In this document: piece after piece, positions 1 to 14,796 of the stretch | Layout: every line of letters starts with the position of its first letter | Position numbering within the stretch: the stretch's first letter is position 1 | NCBI RefSeq assembly: GCF_009914755.1 | Contig: NC_060925.1 | Source of the DNA: the human T2T-CHM13v2.0 reference genome, Homo sapiens | DNA length: 64,000 nucleotides | Reading direction: 5' to 3' (one strand) | Program-made: the position numbers and the translations under genes | Notes under the pieces: generated by a model | What the model was told of the DNA's origin: nothing | The model's input: the letters and a program-made list of their open reading frames with translations, nothing else | The model's database searches: none

Positions 1-291
1 AATGTGAACCATATATATAATTTCAAATCTTTTAGTAGTCACATTAAAAAAGTGAAAAGATAAAAGTAAAACTAATTTTAACAATGTATTTTATTTAACT
101 TAATATATCAAAATATTATTTGAATATCTATTCAATGTAAAATTATTAATGAGGTATTGTATATTTTTTCTTATTAATTCTTCAAAACCTTGTAGCTACT
201 TTACACTTATAGCACATCTCAACTCGTAGCAGCCACATTTCAAGAACTAAATAACCACAGGTGGCTTGTGGCTACTACATTGGAGAGCACA
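1..291 (+). mobile_element. MER33 (hAT-Charlie non-autonomous DNA transposon), truncated by the window start
   Basis: Matches the recalled MER33 consensus throughout (TTTTAGTAGTCACATTAAAAAAGT...CACTTATAGCACATCTCAA...GCCACATTTCAAG...GTGGCTACTACATTGGAGAGCACAG). Confidence 0.85.
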
Positions 292-894
292 GATCTTTAT
301 AATTGAACCAAAAGATTTTAAAAATCTAGAATACATGGATAGTCCCCAAGTTATTCACTTTAATTTGAATGTCCAGGCACAGTATTGTGTATAAGTAGAA
401 AAAGTAGCAAACAAAGTCATAATCATCATACCATAATAATTCCACAAAAGATATTGACCCTCATAACAACTCAAGAGTGAAATTAATAGAAGTATTTATG
501 ATAGATTAAATTCAGTGGAATGATTTACATAAAGCATGCATTAAAAATAGATACTTCTTTAATATTTCTGTACTATATCAGTTTGTTCAAAACAAAACTT
601 TATCAGCTTGTTAGAAGCTTTCTGTAACTATAGTTTTGCTACTAGGAAATTCTAGCTTTCAACATATATATGCTATTTTCCACATTCTTGATTGAAAAGC
701 ATAAACCTATAAACACACACAGACACACACACAAGAAAAGCTATATCTATTACACTCTTGTCAAAATATATCCCATGTCTAAACTTTAGGATTGAATGAC
801 TTATAAATAAAACAAAGTCATCAATTGTAGAATATTTCTGCTTACATTTAATTTGGACTAAGATCAGTGTTGTTGGAAGAGGATGTGGGAGTAA

Positions 895-1090
895 ATATAG
901 CAAGTCTATGCACCAGGCAATATCCTAAGTAAATGCTCATGTAGACATTTGTTTTCACAGAATCCTCTGATTAGCTGTTATAACATAGAGTATGACTGTA
1001 GGAAAGTCATACACAAAGAGGTGAAGTAACTTCCCCAAATTTTCACAGCTAGTAAACCTTGATATCAGAATCAAACATAAGCAGACTAGA
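895..1090 (-). mobile_element. MIR SINE fragment
   Basis: GAGGTGAAGTAACTTCCCCAAA...CACAGCTAGTAAA is the reverse-strand MIR core signature; boundaries approximate. Confidence 0.6.
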
Positions 1091-1239
1091 ATTTATCCAA
1101 AGAAGCCCTGACCACATCAGGCAGGATTATACAAAAAAGTAGATTGGATAAATTTGCCTGGTACACAGACTGTCAGTTTTTAAATGAGAGAAGCAGAGTT
1201 AGAGTTTATGCAGAGATACAAACAGCCTTGATAAAATAA

Positions 1240-1500
1240 TCTTACTAGTCCACACATCGAGCAAGTATGTATTTCTCTGTGCTTGGCACTGTGCTGGGCA
1301 TTGAGGTGCAGTCTTGCATAAGATGTAAAAATTTATAGTTGAGGAAAAAAACAGGCAATTACGATGCATTATTGGAATTGCTCTCCTAGGAATATACAGA
1401 AAATGAAGTGAGATATACAGGAAACTTAGCCCAGCCTTGGGAGTTAGGAAGGCTAAGAGAAAAGCTGTTGAGTCCTGAGGAACTAGTAGGAGTTGAGTTA
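1240..1500 (-). mobile_element. L2 3' fragment
   Basis: TGTGCTTGGCACTGTGCTGGGCATTGAGG followed by purine-rich L2-like sequence; boundaries approximate. Confidence 0.45.
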
Positions 1501-4097
1501 ATGACTTGAAAATATATGTAATGAAGCCTAAGGGTCTCCAGTGTTACTATTATGGGAATAAGTAGTCCACCTGGGGGTACTAGATGAACCTCAAAATGTG
1601 GTTAAACACAACCATAAAATACAACCTCAAAATCTCATGTGGAAGGACAAAAGAGAATAACAAGTGTTTACAGTTGTTGAGTAAACTCTGTAGCAGGTGC
1701 TGGTTATGTGATGTATATGCATTATCTTTATGTTTATTTTTGTTTACATCCAATGAGCTTCAAAAGGGTGGAAAACTTTCCCAAGATTAATGTGTCATAG
1801 CTCTCTGAATTAAAGACCCTGACTTTTCCTTTTTAATATAATACTGTCTCCCTCTTTTTTAATAAAAAAGTGAACTGCCACATAAGAGAAAATGATTTGT
1901 TTGCTACTTTTGGATGATCAGAGAAAGATAAGAGGCTTTTAAATTTTCAAATAACTAACATCTTGGAATAGCTACTAGGGAATTTTATCATTCATAATGG
2001 CAATAACATTTTACATTTGAAGAACAATAAATTTTTGTGGTATACAAACTCTTTTACTTCTCTTATTTGCTAACAGGTATTTATAGAACAGGCACTGTTA
2101 GTCTCATTTTAGCAATAAAAATGCAAACATCTAAATATATCACAAATTTAACGCATTCAGATATACACAAAGCATATCCATTGATGCTTTGTTCAGAATA
2201 AGATTTTTCAAGATATTCTGTTCTCGTTTAACCGATCCAACAATTTTTATTTATATTTCTGTAAAGAATAAATTATTTGGGATTAGAAGGTGAATTAAAC
2301 ACAAATCACTTGAGTTTTTGAAAGCAGCAGCAGGCAACAAAAGAATTTATGTCAATAGCCAAGTATAATTATTTTATTATTAATAATTTAAACTGATTAT
2401 GTTTATATTTATAAATACTAACTTGAAATATTAAATCTTAAAAGTGTTTTATTTAAGCAACACTTTACTAGACTCCTTAGAGACCTGTTTTGGGATGTGT
2501 GGAAAACATTTTCTGAATATCACATTATGGATGGTTACATTATTTTACAGACTTGGAAAATAAAATATTCCAGGGATTTTTGCTAAACTGATGTGTTTTT
2601 CAAAGATCATCTTTTTGTCTGGAATGTATTACTACATTATACCAACATATAAACTAGAACAGTTCAACTAACTCTTCTGTTAAAAATGAGTTGATTTGAA
2701 ATTGAATGTCAACTTGATAATGTAAGATCATAATCTTTCAATGTTTTTTACTCTCTTTAAAGTAAAATTAATGTAAATTTTAAAATATGCGTTTTTGTCT
2801 TTTTAATATTATTTTCAACATTTCCTTGTTACCCTATGATATTCAAACAACAAATTTCTTATAAATAAGAAATGTATAATACATTCCTAATAATATTTTT
2901 ATAAAGTGATGATACAATGTAAACTGAAAATGATTAAAATTTGTCAAGCACATATATATTTTTGCAAGATGCCTGGCTCATTTTGTTAGTTAACTAAAAT
3001 TCCCTCACCGTTGTCAGTATTGTGATGATTACTTCTATTAGGTAAACAGGTCACAATTTATTTGCAAATCTAGCAAAAAAATTGCATGTCAGATACTCCA
3101 TTTATCTATAATTTCTTTATAAAGAAAGCTCCGGAAAATTCTGCTTAGGTCACCAAGAATTGCACTTGCTCTTTCTTATACCTTAGCAGGAAAAACAAAA
3201 GGATTTTTTTTTATTTAATTAGACTTCTTAAAAGCAATTTAGGGTAATATATCACAAGACTTTATGTAAGGAATCTTGTTCAAAATAAATTTTTGGAGTT
3301 GGTGGAGGCTTCAAGGTGACTGACTAGGGGCGTTTTGTACTTGCTTCCTCCACTAAGAAGAACCAAAATAACAAGTAGGTAACCACATTTTGAATGGCTC
3401 ATCTAAGAGAGAACACTGGAATTAAACAGAAAAGTGACAGGCTATACCTAAAGAAAGGATGGAGAAAGAAGCAAAGTAGCCTGCGTGGCTAGGATCAGCT
3501 GCGAATCAAGAGAAACTACCTAACATTGGAAAAGGGTCAGTGAAAGACCCTCATAAGCCCACATTCTCACTGTAGACTTCTGCAATCTTAGCCATGAGAG
3601 AGTCCCTCAACCCTCATGGTTCCTGAAACTACATAGTGAGCTGCCGGGAGATTGTACAACAACACTACCCCAGGGAAAAAGATTGCACTGGGCCTCTTAC
3701 AATCCTTGAGACCTTAGCAGCTATAGTACAGCACCATTTTAGAGCTTCACCTCCAACAGACTGCACACTGCCCTGCAGCCCAGTGGTGCTTGGACCAAGG
3801 TGTAAGAGAAACATGGGCTGTTGTCTCCAGGGCTTAGGAGTGAGCAACCACAGGCCCCACACCCAGAGTGGAGGCATGAGCAAAGCACAGCCTGCTGCTT
3901 TTAAGACTCAGGTGTCAGTGGAGTGCCATTCTAGAACCCCACTCACAAAAGACTGTCCATTGTCCTGGAGCTCAGCAATGCTGGGGTGGAGGCCCAAGAT
4001 AAGCCATGGATGCTGCCCCTTTGACTTAGGCATGAGCAACAGTGGGTTAATGCACATGATGCAGAGGCAAAACCAAGTATGTGGGCCACCACTTGGG

Positions 4098-4214
<117 letters not shown>

Positions 4215-5879
4215 AAGACACCATCATAGAGCCCCATCCCCAACAGAGCAGACTGCATGCTATCCTGGAGCTCTGCAGTGCTGGGGCTGAGGGACAGGAG
4301 CAGAGCTGGATTCTGCCATGTTGGCTGCTGAGAAAACAAGAGGGAAGAGCTGGCTGCTGACCCTAGGATTTAGGAGTGAGCAACTGTAGGCTATCACACC
4401 CAGAACTGAGACAAAAGTGCTGCTGGGATTGAGATGTGAGTGACATGTGCACTCCCCATCCACTGGCCAAAGCTGCCATCAGTAAAAGTGTTACCACCAC
4501 CACCCTCACCCCAGTGGCAAGGCAGCAGCACAGCCCCTGCCACACCCAATTTGAGCATTGTGCTGGTGGCCTGGGGAAAGAACCACCCCTCCCTACCAAG
4601 GCCAGCAACTATACACACCACTGGGGGGCCTGAGTGCAAGCCAACTCAGCCTAACTTTACCCCTCTCCCCATGCCAGAACATGTAGTCCAGGAGCAAGAA
4701 CATTGTCCAGCTCTGTCCACCAACATTGGCAACTAAACACTTCTCCCAGGGGCCTGAGGTTTTGCATAATCACCCAGCTGCTACCACCACAGCTGGCACC
4801 TGTGTATGTCACCTGCGGACCTGGGGACTGGCACACTCAGCCCATCACAGTCCTTGCCAACACTAGCATGCACTTCTTGGGACCCAGAGTGCTATCCTGC
4901 CAGGACCAGTGCCATTGTTCATGACGTATCAACTGCCCGGGAGCCTGAGAACCTGAGTACCTCCCTGGGCCAGGGCTATCACTACTAGCATCCAAGCAAG
5001 CCACTGGGAGGCCCCAAATTTGGTTTACCTGCACCCACTAACACTAGTGCCAGTGTACACCATCTTAGGTCCCAGTGACATGCACACTCAGCACTTCACT
5101 GCCAGCACTGGGGCCCAGAGACTGGCCAACTGGGTGTCCTTATTTCCAGAAAGACTGCACCACAGCCTCAATGAATATCTGCACCCTAACCACTGAGAAA
5201 ATCTCAGATATAAATGATGCTGTTTATAGCCAAAGAAATTATACAGAGACCACACTACTGCACACATTCAGAATCAAAGTTAAAGTACCCTAATCAATTA
5301 ACAAACACCATGAATTCATCCTCATAAAACAGTCCTCCCTATTAAAGCAAATTTTAAAAATTAGAAGAAATGACTGATACACCAGATGCATGGATATCAA
5401 TAAAGACACATGAAACCTGAGAAAGAGAAAATATGACACCCCCATAGGAACACAATAATTATCCAGAATAGATCCCAATAAAAAAATTCAAATTATTGAT
5501 TCTAAAGAAGCTCAGTAGGATAAAAGAGAAATAAAAAAAAGAAATTAGGAAAGCAATTCAGAATATGAATAAAAAATTTGCCAAAGAGGAAAATAACCTA
5601 AAAATAACCAAATTGAAATTCTAGAACTGAAGAATTCATTGAATGAAGTATACAACATATTTAAAAGCTTCAACAATAAACTAGATTAACAAAAGAAAGA
5701 AGCTCAGAACTTGGAGACAGATTTTTGAAATGACCTAGTCAGATTAAATATTAATCAAAAATAATTTAAAAATAAAACCTTTATGATAAAATGATACAGG
5801 GGACACCATTAAGTGAACAAATATATGAATTTCCAGTATCTCTGAAGGTGAAGGAGAGCAAAAGGATTTAAACACATTT

Positions 5880-6218
5880 TCTTTTCTTTTCTTTTCTCTT
5901 TTTCTTTCTTTCTTTCTTTTTTTTTTTTTTTTTTTTTAAGACAGAGTCTTGCTCTGTCACCCAGGCTGGAGTGCAATGGTGCAATCTCAGCTCACTGCAG
6001 CCTCAACTTCCTGTGCTCAAGTGATCGTCCTACCTCAGCCACCTGAATAGATAGGACTACAGGCACACACGATCACAGCCAGCTAATTTTGTTTAGCTTT
6101 TGTAGACATAAAGTTTCACTATGTTGCCCAGGCTGGGATCAAACTTTTGACGAAGTGATCCTCCCACCTTGGCCACCCAAAATGCAAGGATTACAGGCAT
6201 GGGCAACAACAACTGGCC
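5880..6218 (-). mobile_element. AluJ with CT-rich/T tail
   Basis: T-tail then AGACAGAGTCTTGCTCTGTCACCCAGG; J diagnostics CTGCAGCCTCAACTTCCTG and ATGTTGCCCAGGCTGG. Confidence 0.85.
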
Positions 6219-6315
6219 AGACCATCTATTCAACAAAGTAATAGATGAAAATATTCCAAGTCTAACAAGAAATTTAGATATGCATGGCCAGGAGACAGAA
6301 AGAACAATCATAACC

Positions 6316-6695
<380 letters not shown>

Positions 6696-7410
6696 TCATT
6701 CACTGTTACAGTCAGAATAATCTAAGGTCAATGACAAAGACACAGTTCTAAAGACGGAGAAAGTAAAGTGTCTAGTTACCTATGAGAACCCCATCAGACT
6801 AACAGCAGATTTCTCAGCTGAAATCTTACAGGCCAGAAGAGAATTAAAATGACATGTTCAAAGTTCTGAAAGAAGAAAAGTCCAACAAATATACCATATT
6901 GAGCAAAATTATCTTTCATAAATGAAGAAGAAATAAAGTATTTTTATGAGAAGCAAAAGCTGAGGAAATTTGTCAGCATTAGGCTCACAACGAAGAAATG
7001 CTCTATGGAGTTCTAAACCTGGGCAAGGAAGAATGACATTTACCATCACGAAAACACACAAAAGGATAAAACTCAACTGTAAAGCTAAAATACAAATGAG
7101 AAAGAGAAAGGACTTAAATTGTACCACTACAGATAACCACAAAAGCATAATGACATATAAGAGGGGGGAAGAACAAATAAAGAATATATAAAACAACCAG
7201 AAAATAATTAACAAAACTTCACATATTAATAACCTAGATTACAAATTGATTTAAATATTTACTTAAAAGATGTAGACTGTATGAAAGAATAAAAACAAAA
7301 TCCAACTATATGCTGCCTATCACATTTTATCTGTAAAGACATGTATAAGCTGAAAATAAAGGAATGTAAAACAAATATTTCACTCAAACGTAAACTAAAA
7401 GTGATCAGGG

Positions 7411-10248
7411 AGAATTCAACATCATATTTTCAACATTGGAAAGATCTTCGAGATAGATAATCAACAAAGAAATATTAGTTAACACAAATTGACAAACCTT
7501 TACCTAGACTAAGAAAAAAAGAGATATGATCCAAGTAAATAAATTCAGAAATAAAAAAGGAAACATTACAACTGATACTGCAGAAATTAAGAAGATCATT
7601 AGTGGATACCATGAGCCATTATATACCAATAAATTGTAAAATACAGAAAAATAGACAAATTCATAGACACATACAACCTATCAAGATTGAACTGCGTAGA
7701 AATCCAAAACCTGAGCAGACCAATAACAAGTAACATAATTGAAGCTGTAATAAAAAGTCTCCAGTAAAGAAAAGTCTGGGACCCAAAGGCTCTTCTGCTG
7801 AATTCTACCAAACATTTAAAGAAAAACTAGTTATCAATCTTTCCCAAACTATTCCAAAAAAATAGAGGAGAGGGGAATACTTCCAAACTTATTCTAAAAA
7901 CTAGTATTACCCTGATACCAAAACCAGAAAAAGACGCATCAAAAAAGAAAACTACAGGCCAATATCCTAGATGAATATTGATGCAGATATCCTCAACAAA
8001 ATACTAGCAAACCAACACACATTAGAAAGGTAATTCATCATGATGAAGTGGGATTTATCCCAGGGATGCAAAGATGGTTCGACATCTGCAAATCAATCCA
8101 TGTGATACATCATAGCAACAGACTAAAGGACAAAACCATGTGATAATTTCAATTAATGCTGAAAAAGCATTTGATAAAATCAACATCTCTTCATAAAAAA
8201 CTTTTAAAAAACTAGGCATAGAAGGATCAAACCTAAACATAATAAAAGTCATATATGACAGACCCACAGCTAGTATTATACTGAATGAGGAAAAACTAGA
8301 AGCCCTTTCTCTAAGATCTGAAACACAACGAGGATGCCCACTATCAACACTGTTATTACATAGTGCTGGAAGTCCTAGCTAGAACAATCACACAAGAGAA
8401 AGAAATAAAAGGCATATAAATTGGAAAGGAAAAAGTCAAATTATTCTTGTTTGCAGATGGTATGATCTTAAATTTAGAAAAACTTAAGGACTCCACAAAA
8501 AAAAACTGTTGGAACTGATACACAAATTCAGTAAATTTGAAGGATAAAAAATTAACAGACAAAAATCACTAGGCCAACAGTGAACGACATGAAAAAGAAA
8601 TAAAACAATAATCTCATTTACAATAGCCACACATAAAATTAAATACCTAGGAATTAACCAAAAGAAGTAGAAGAGCTATATCATAATAACTATAAAAAAT
8701 TGATGTAAGACATTGAAAAGGACACTAAAAATGGAAAGATATTCTATGTTCATGAATTGGGAGAGTCTATGTCATTAAATTGTTTATATTACCCAAAGCA
8801 ATCTACAGATTTAACACAATCCCTATCAAAATACAAGTGACCTTCCTCAGAGAAATAGAAAAACAATCCTAAAATTTATATGGAACCACAGAAGACTCAG
8901 AATAGCCAAAGCTATCCTGAGCAAAAGAGCAAAACTGAAGGGATTACCTGACTTCAAGTTATACTACAGAGCTATAGTAAACAAAACAGCATGATACTGG
9001 CATAAAAACAGACATATCAAGCAATGTAACAGAATAGAGAAACCAGAAATAAATCCACACACCTACAGTAAAATCATTGTTGACTAAAATACACAGAACA
9101 TACACTGGGGAAAAGACAGTGTCTTTAATACATGGTGCTGGGAAAATTGGATATCCATATGAAGAAGGATGAAACTACACTTCTCTTTCTTGTCATACAC
9201 AAAAATCAAAGGCCTTAAGTCTAAGACCTCAAGCTATAAAACCACTATAAGAAACCACTGGGGAAACTCTCCAGGACATTAGTCTGGACAAAAATTTCTT
9301 GACCAATACCCCACAAGCACAGGCAACCAAAGTGAAAATGGGCAAGTGGGATAACATCAAGTTAAAAAGCTTCTGCAAAACAAAGGAAACAATCGAGAAA
9401 GTGAAGAGACAACCAAAGAATAAAAGAAAAATTATCAAATTTTCCATCTCACAAGGGATTAACGATCAGACTATATAAGGAGCTCAAAGAACTCTATAGG
9501 GAAAAAAATATAATAATCTGATAAAAAAAAACAAAAGATAAGATTTCTAAAAGACTGAAAATAGAGCTGCATTATATTCCAGCAATTTCACTGTTGGGTA
9601 AACACTCAAAAGGATCGCAATGAGTATATCAGAGATATCTGCACTCCCATGTTTATTGCAGCTCTGTTAACAATAACTAAGATTTTGAAGTAATCTAAGT
9701 GTCCATGAACAGATGAATAGATAAAATATGGTACATATAAAGAATGGAGTACTATTCAGCCATACAAAGAATGAGATCCTGTTATTTGCAACAGCATGGA
9801 TAGAATTGGAGATCATTATATTAAGTGAAATAAGCCAGGCACAGAAAGACAAACATCACATGTTCTCACTTATATTTTGGGATCTAAAAATCAGAATGAT
9901 TGAACTCTTGGACATAGAGAGTAGAGGAATTGTTACCATACCAGAATGGAGAGTATGAAGATGAGGGGGAGGAGAGGATGCTTAATGGGTAGAAAAAAAA
10001 TAGAAAGAATGAATGAGACCTACTATTTGATAGCACAAAAAGGACACTATTAATTGTAAATTCAAAAATATTCAAAAATATGTAATTGGATTATTTGTAA
10101 CACAAAAGATAAATGTTTGAGGAAATAGACACACAGTTTTCCATGTTATTATTATGCATTGCATGCCTGTATCAAAAAATCTTATGTTCCCCATAAATAT
10201 ATATAACTACTATATACCCACAAAAAATAAAATTTTAAAAATTAAAAA
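7411..10248 (+). mobile_element. 5'-truncated L1MA1-3-type element nested in the outer L1MA endonuclease region
   Basis: Outer L1 breaks at AAAAGTGATCAGG (~7397-7409) and resumes at TGAGCAGGAATAGCTATACTTATATCAG (~10252). The insert has ORF2 remnants (TTGTTTGCAGATGG ~8447) and its own 3'UTR/A tail. Confidence 0.8.
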
Positions 10249-13200
10249 TATTGAGCAGGAATAGCTATACTTATATCAGATAAAACATACTTTAAGTCAA
10301 AAACAATAAAAAGATTAATAAGTTCATTATATAGTGATAAAGGGGTCAATTCAGTTAGAAAAAATGTCTAAATATATATGCACCCAACACTGGATGATCC
10401 AGATTCATAAAGCCAATATTACTAGGTCTATAAAGACAGACAGGCACCAACACAATAATAGTGGGGGATTTCAACACCCCACTTTCAGCATTAGACAGTT
10501 TTTTCTAGGCAGAAGATCAACAAAGAAATATTGGACTTAAACTGGACTTTAAAGCAAATGGCCTTAATAGGCATTTATAAAACATTTTATTCAACAAATG
10601 CAGAATGCACATCTTTCTCATCAGCACATGAAACATTCTCTAGGATAGATATATTCCAGGCCACAAAACAAGTCTCGCCAGTTTTAAAAAATTGACATAA
10701 TGTCAAGCATCTTTTCAGACCAATATGGAATAAAACTAGAAATCAGTAATGAAGCTTTAGAAACCATGCAAATGAATAAAAATTAATCAACATATTGCTG
10801 AATGACCATTGAGCCAATGAAGAAATTCAGACAGAAATTTTTAAAAAAATGCTTGTTAAAACAAATGAAATGGAAACACAATGTACCAGAACCCATGGGC
10901 TACAGCAAAAACACCAATACGAGGGAAGTTTATAGCAATAATGGCCTACATCGAAAAGCAGAAATATTTAAATAATCCAATGATGTAACTCAAGAGACTA
11001 GGAAAGCAAGAACAAACCAAACCCAGAATTAGCAGAAAAACGAAATAATAAGATCAGAAAATGACTAAGTGTAAAAACACCAAAATTTACAAAGAATGGA
11101 TGAAATTAAAAATAGATTCTTCAAAAAGATGAAAAAATTGATAATCTACTACCTCAACTAACCAAGAAAATACAAATGTAAGACCCAAATAAACAAAATC
11201 AGAAAAAAAACCGGGGAGCAATACACCTAATACCACAGAAATACAAAAGATCATCAGAGACGGTCACAAAAAACTATATGCTCTATCAAAACCAGACTAG
11301 GACAGAAAAACAACAACAAAAATATAGGCCAATATTCCTGTTGAACATACATTCAAAAATCATTAACAAATACTAGAAATTTGAATTCAACAAGATATCA
11401 AAAAGATAATACACCATAATCAAGTGCTATTTATTCCACTGATGCAAGGTTGGTTCAATATATGCAAATCAATGTATGATACATCACATCAACAGAATGA
11501 AGGACAACAATCATATGATCATCTCAATAGAAATAAGAAATGCATTTTATAAGATCAAACACCCCTTCATTATAAAAATTATCAACATATTGGATATGGA
11601 AGGGGCATATTTCAAAACAAGAAAAGTCATATAGGACAAGTCTACAGCTAACATCATAATTAATGGAAAATAGTTGAAAGCCTTTTCTCTTAGAACTGGA
11701 AGACATAAAAACCCACTTTCACCTATCTCATTCAACATAGTACTGGAAGTCCTAGACAGAACAAATTGGAAAGAGAAATAAATAAAAGTCATCCATATTT
11801 AAAAATAGAAAGTCAACTTTTTCCTCTTTGAAGATAACAAAAAGTTATATTTAGAAAAACCAATAACTGCACTAAAAACCTTTTAGAGCTGATAAATAAA
11901 TTTAATAAAGTTGCAGGATACAAAATCAACATATGAAAAATTAGTAGCATTTCTAATCGCCAATGATAAAATAGCCAAAAACAAAATCAAAAAGGCAATT
12001 TTATTTACAATAACTACAAAAAGAAACCGACAAATGAGCAAACAACAATAAAAAAATCCTAGGAATAAATTTAACCAAGGAGGTGGAAGATCTCTACAAG
12101 GGGAACTACAAGACACTAATGAAATAAATTGCAGAGAATACAAACAAATGAAAAGACATGCTCACGTATCGGAATAATTATTATTAAAAAGGACCATATT
12201 ATGCAAAGCAAACTATAGATTAAATGCAATCCCTATCAAAAAACCAATGTCATTTTTCACAGAAATACAGCAAACAATTCTAACATTTGTATGGTCAAAA
12301 AATTAAAATATAAAGGAACCCCAGTCAAAGTAATCCTGAGCAAAAAATCAAAACTGAAGGCATCACATTAGCTGACTTCAAAATGTATTAAAAGGCTATA
12401 GTAAGCAAAATAGCGTGGTGCTGATATAAAAGTAAACACATAGGACAATCAAACAGAATAGAGAACCCAGAAATAAATCCACATGTTTACAGCCAACAGA
12501 TTTGAACAAGGTTGCCAATAACTTATAGTGGGAAAGGACACCCTTTTCAATAAATATTTCAGAAAAATTGGATATCTATATGCGGAAGAATGAAACAGGA
12601 CCTCTATATCTCACCATATACAAAAGATTAACAGAAGATGGAATAAAGCCTTAAAACTATATAAAATCTTAAACTCTAAACCACTACAAAAAAACATAGG
12701 GAAAACACTTCAGGGCTTTGGTCTAGGTAAAGATTTTACAGCTAAGATCTCAAAAGGACAGATAACTGAAGCAAAAATAGACTACTTGGACTAAAATGAA
12801 AATATTCTGCTTGGCAAAGGAATCAACAGAGAGAAGAGACAACCTGTTAAATTAAAGAAAAGATTTGCAAATTATTCATCTGACATTGGACTAATATTCA
12901 GAATATATAAGGTACTCAACTCAACAATAAAAAATACATTTAAAAAGTGAGCAAAGAACATGAATAGTCATTTTTCCAAAATGACATACAAATGGCCAAC
13001 ATGTATAAGAAAAATGCTTAACATCACTAATCATAAATGAAATCAAAATCAAAACCACAACAAGATATCATCAGACCTAAGTTAGAATGGCTATTGTTAA
13101 AAAGACAAAAATAAACAAAAGATGCAAGGCAAGGATGTGGAGAAAAGAGAACTCTTATGCACTGTTGGTGGGAATGTAAATTATTACAGCACTATAGAAA

Positions 13201-13911
13201 ACAGTATGAAGATTTCTCGAAAAACTAAAAACAGAACTACCATATGATCCAGCCATCTCACTACTGGGTATTTATTCGAAGAAAAAGAAATCAGTATATC
13301 AAAGGGATACCTGCATTCATTTTTTTATTGCAGCGCTATTCATAGTAGCAAAGCTATGAAATCAAGTGTCTGTCTATGGATAAATGGATAAAGAATATGA
13401 GGCATACATACAGATTTGAATGCCATTCAGCAATAAAAAGGAATGAAATAATGTCATTTCCATCAAGTTGGATGGAACTGAAGGTCATTATGTTAAGTGT
13501 GATAACTCAGGCACAAAAAGGCAAATATATAGTCTCATTTATGGGCACTAAAAATATTCATCTCGCAAAAGTACAAAGTAGAATGATAGATACTAGAGGC
13601 TGGTAAAAATGGGAGAGTTGGGGAGGGGATAAAGAGAGGTCACTTAATTGGTGCAAACATATAGCTGGATAAAAGATGTAAATTCTATGGTTTGATAGCA
13701 GAGTAGTGTGACTTTAGTTAACAGCAATATATTTTATATTTCAAAGTAGCCAGAAGACTGGGCCTGAATTGTTTCCAACACATAGAAATGGCAAATACCC
13801 AAGTGATGTACACTTCAAGTACCATGACTTGATCATTACAATTTTATGTAAGCACCAAAATATTACATGCATCTCCTAAATATGTAAAATTTTATGTATT
13901 AATAAAAATAA

Positions 13912-14240
13912 CTTTGTTGCAGTTATCTATTGCCACATAAGATGGAACTTCAAACTTTATTGACTTAAAATAACATCAATTAATTTTTGGTAATTCTCTT
14001 TGTTGATTGGGCTCAACTGGATAGTTTTACTATTCCATGTCATGTAGGTGAGATTATACATATGGTGACATTCATCTGGAGTTCTTCTGATCTGAAATGT
14101 TGAAGACAGTTTAATTTTCTTTTAGAGTTTTTCTTCATGTGATTTTTAGTGATTTGCAGTCTAGTCTGAACTGCTATACTTTTCCTCTTTGGTACGCAAA
14201 TAGCAGAAGGGGATGTACACATATCTAGAAGTCTTCTATG
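13912..14240 (-). mobile_element. Old MaLR/ERVL-type LTR fragment (MLT)
   Basis: TTGCAGTTATCTATTGCCACATAAG...TTGACTTAAAATAAC...TGGGCTCAACTGGATAG resembles an MLT LTR reverse end. Confidence 0.45.
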
Positions 14241-14423
14241 ACTGAGGTAGCCAGTCTCCAACATGGGCCCCAAAGATTCCCATCTTACGGTTTTCACACC
14301 TTTGTGTCGTTCCCACCCACACTGTACCAAGGCTGGTCTTTGTAAGCAATAGATACACTGGAAGTGATAGACTATCACTTTTGAGGTTATGTTTTAAAAG
14401 ACTCCATGATGTCCTTTCTGGGC

Positions 14424-14495
<72 letters not shown>

Positions 14496-14796
14496 CTCAC
14501 TCTCTCTCTCTCTCTCTCTCAGTCTCACTCTCTTTCATTATAAAACATGGCCATCTGGTTGGAAACTAAAGCTTCCTGCCAGAGGCTATGTGAAATAAAC
14601 TTGAAAGAGAATTAATCAACCCTAAATGATTGTAACCCCAGTTGACAACTTGACTACATCTTTTTAAGAAATTTGAGATAAATTAGCCAACTAAGCTACT
14701 CCCAGGATCCTCAGAAACTGAATTGATGACACATTCTTGTAATTTTAAGCTCCAAATTTTGGATAATTTTTTTTAGCCAATAGCTAGCTAGTATAC
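14241..14796 (+). mobile_element. MLT1F-like solo LTR containing a (CT)n expansion
   Basis: Starts TGAGGTAGCCAGTCTCCAACATGGGCCCCAAAGATTCC; ends ...AATAGCTAGCTAGTATACA. Confidence 0.7.
14427..14535. repeat. (CT)n microsatellite
   Basis: Read directly. Confidence 0.95.
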
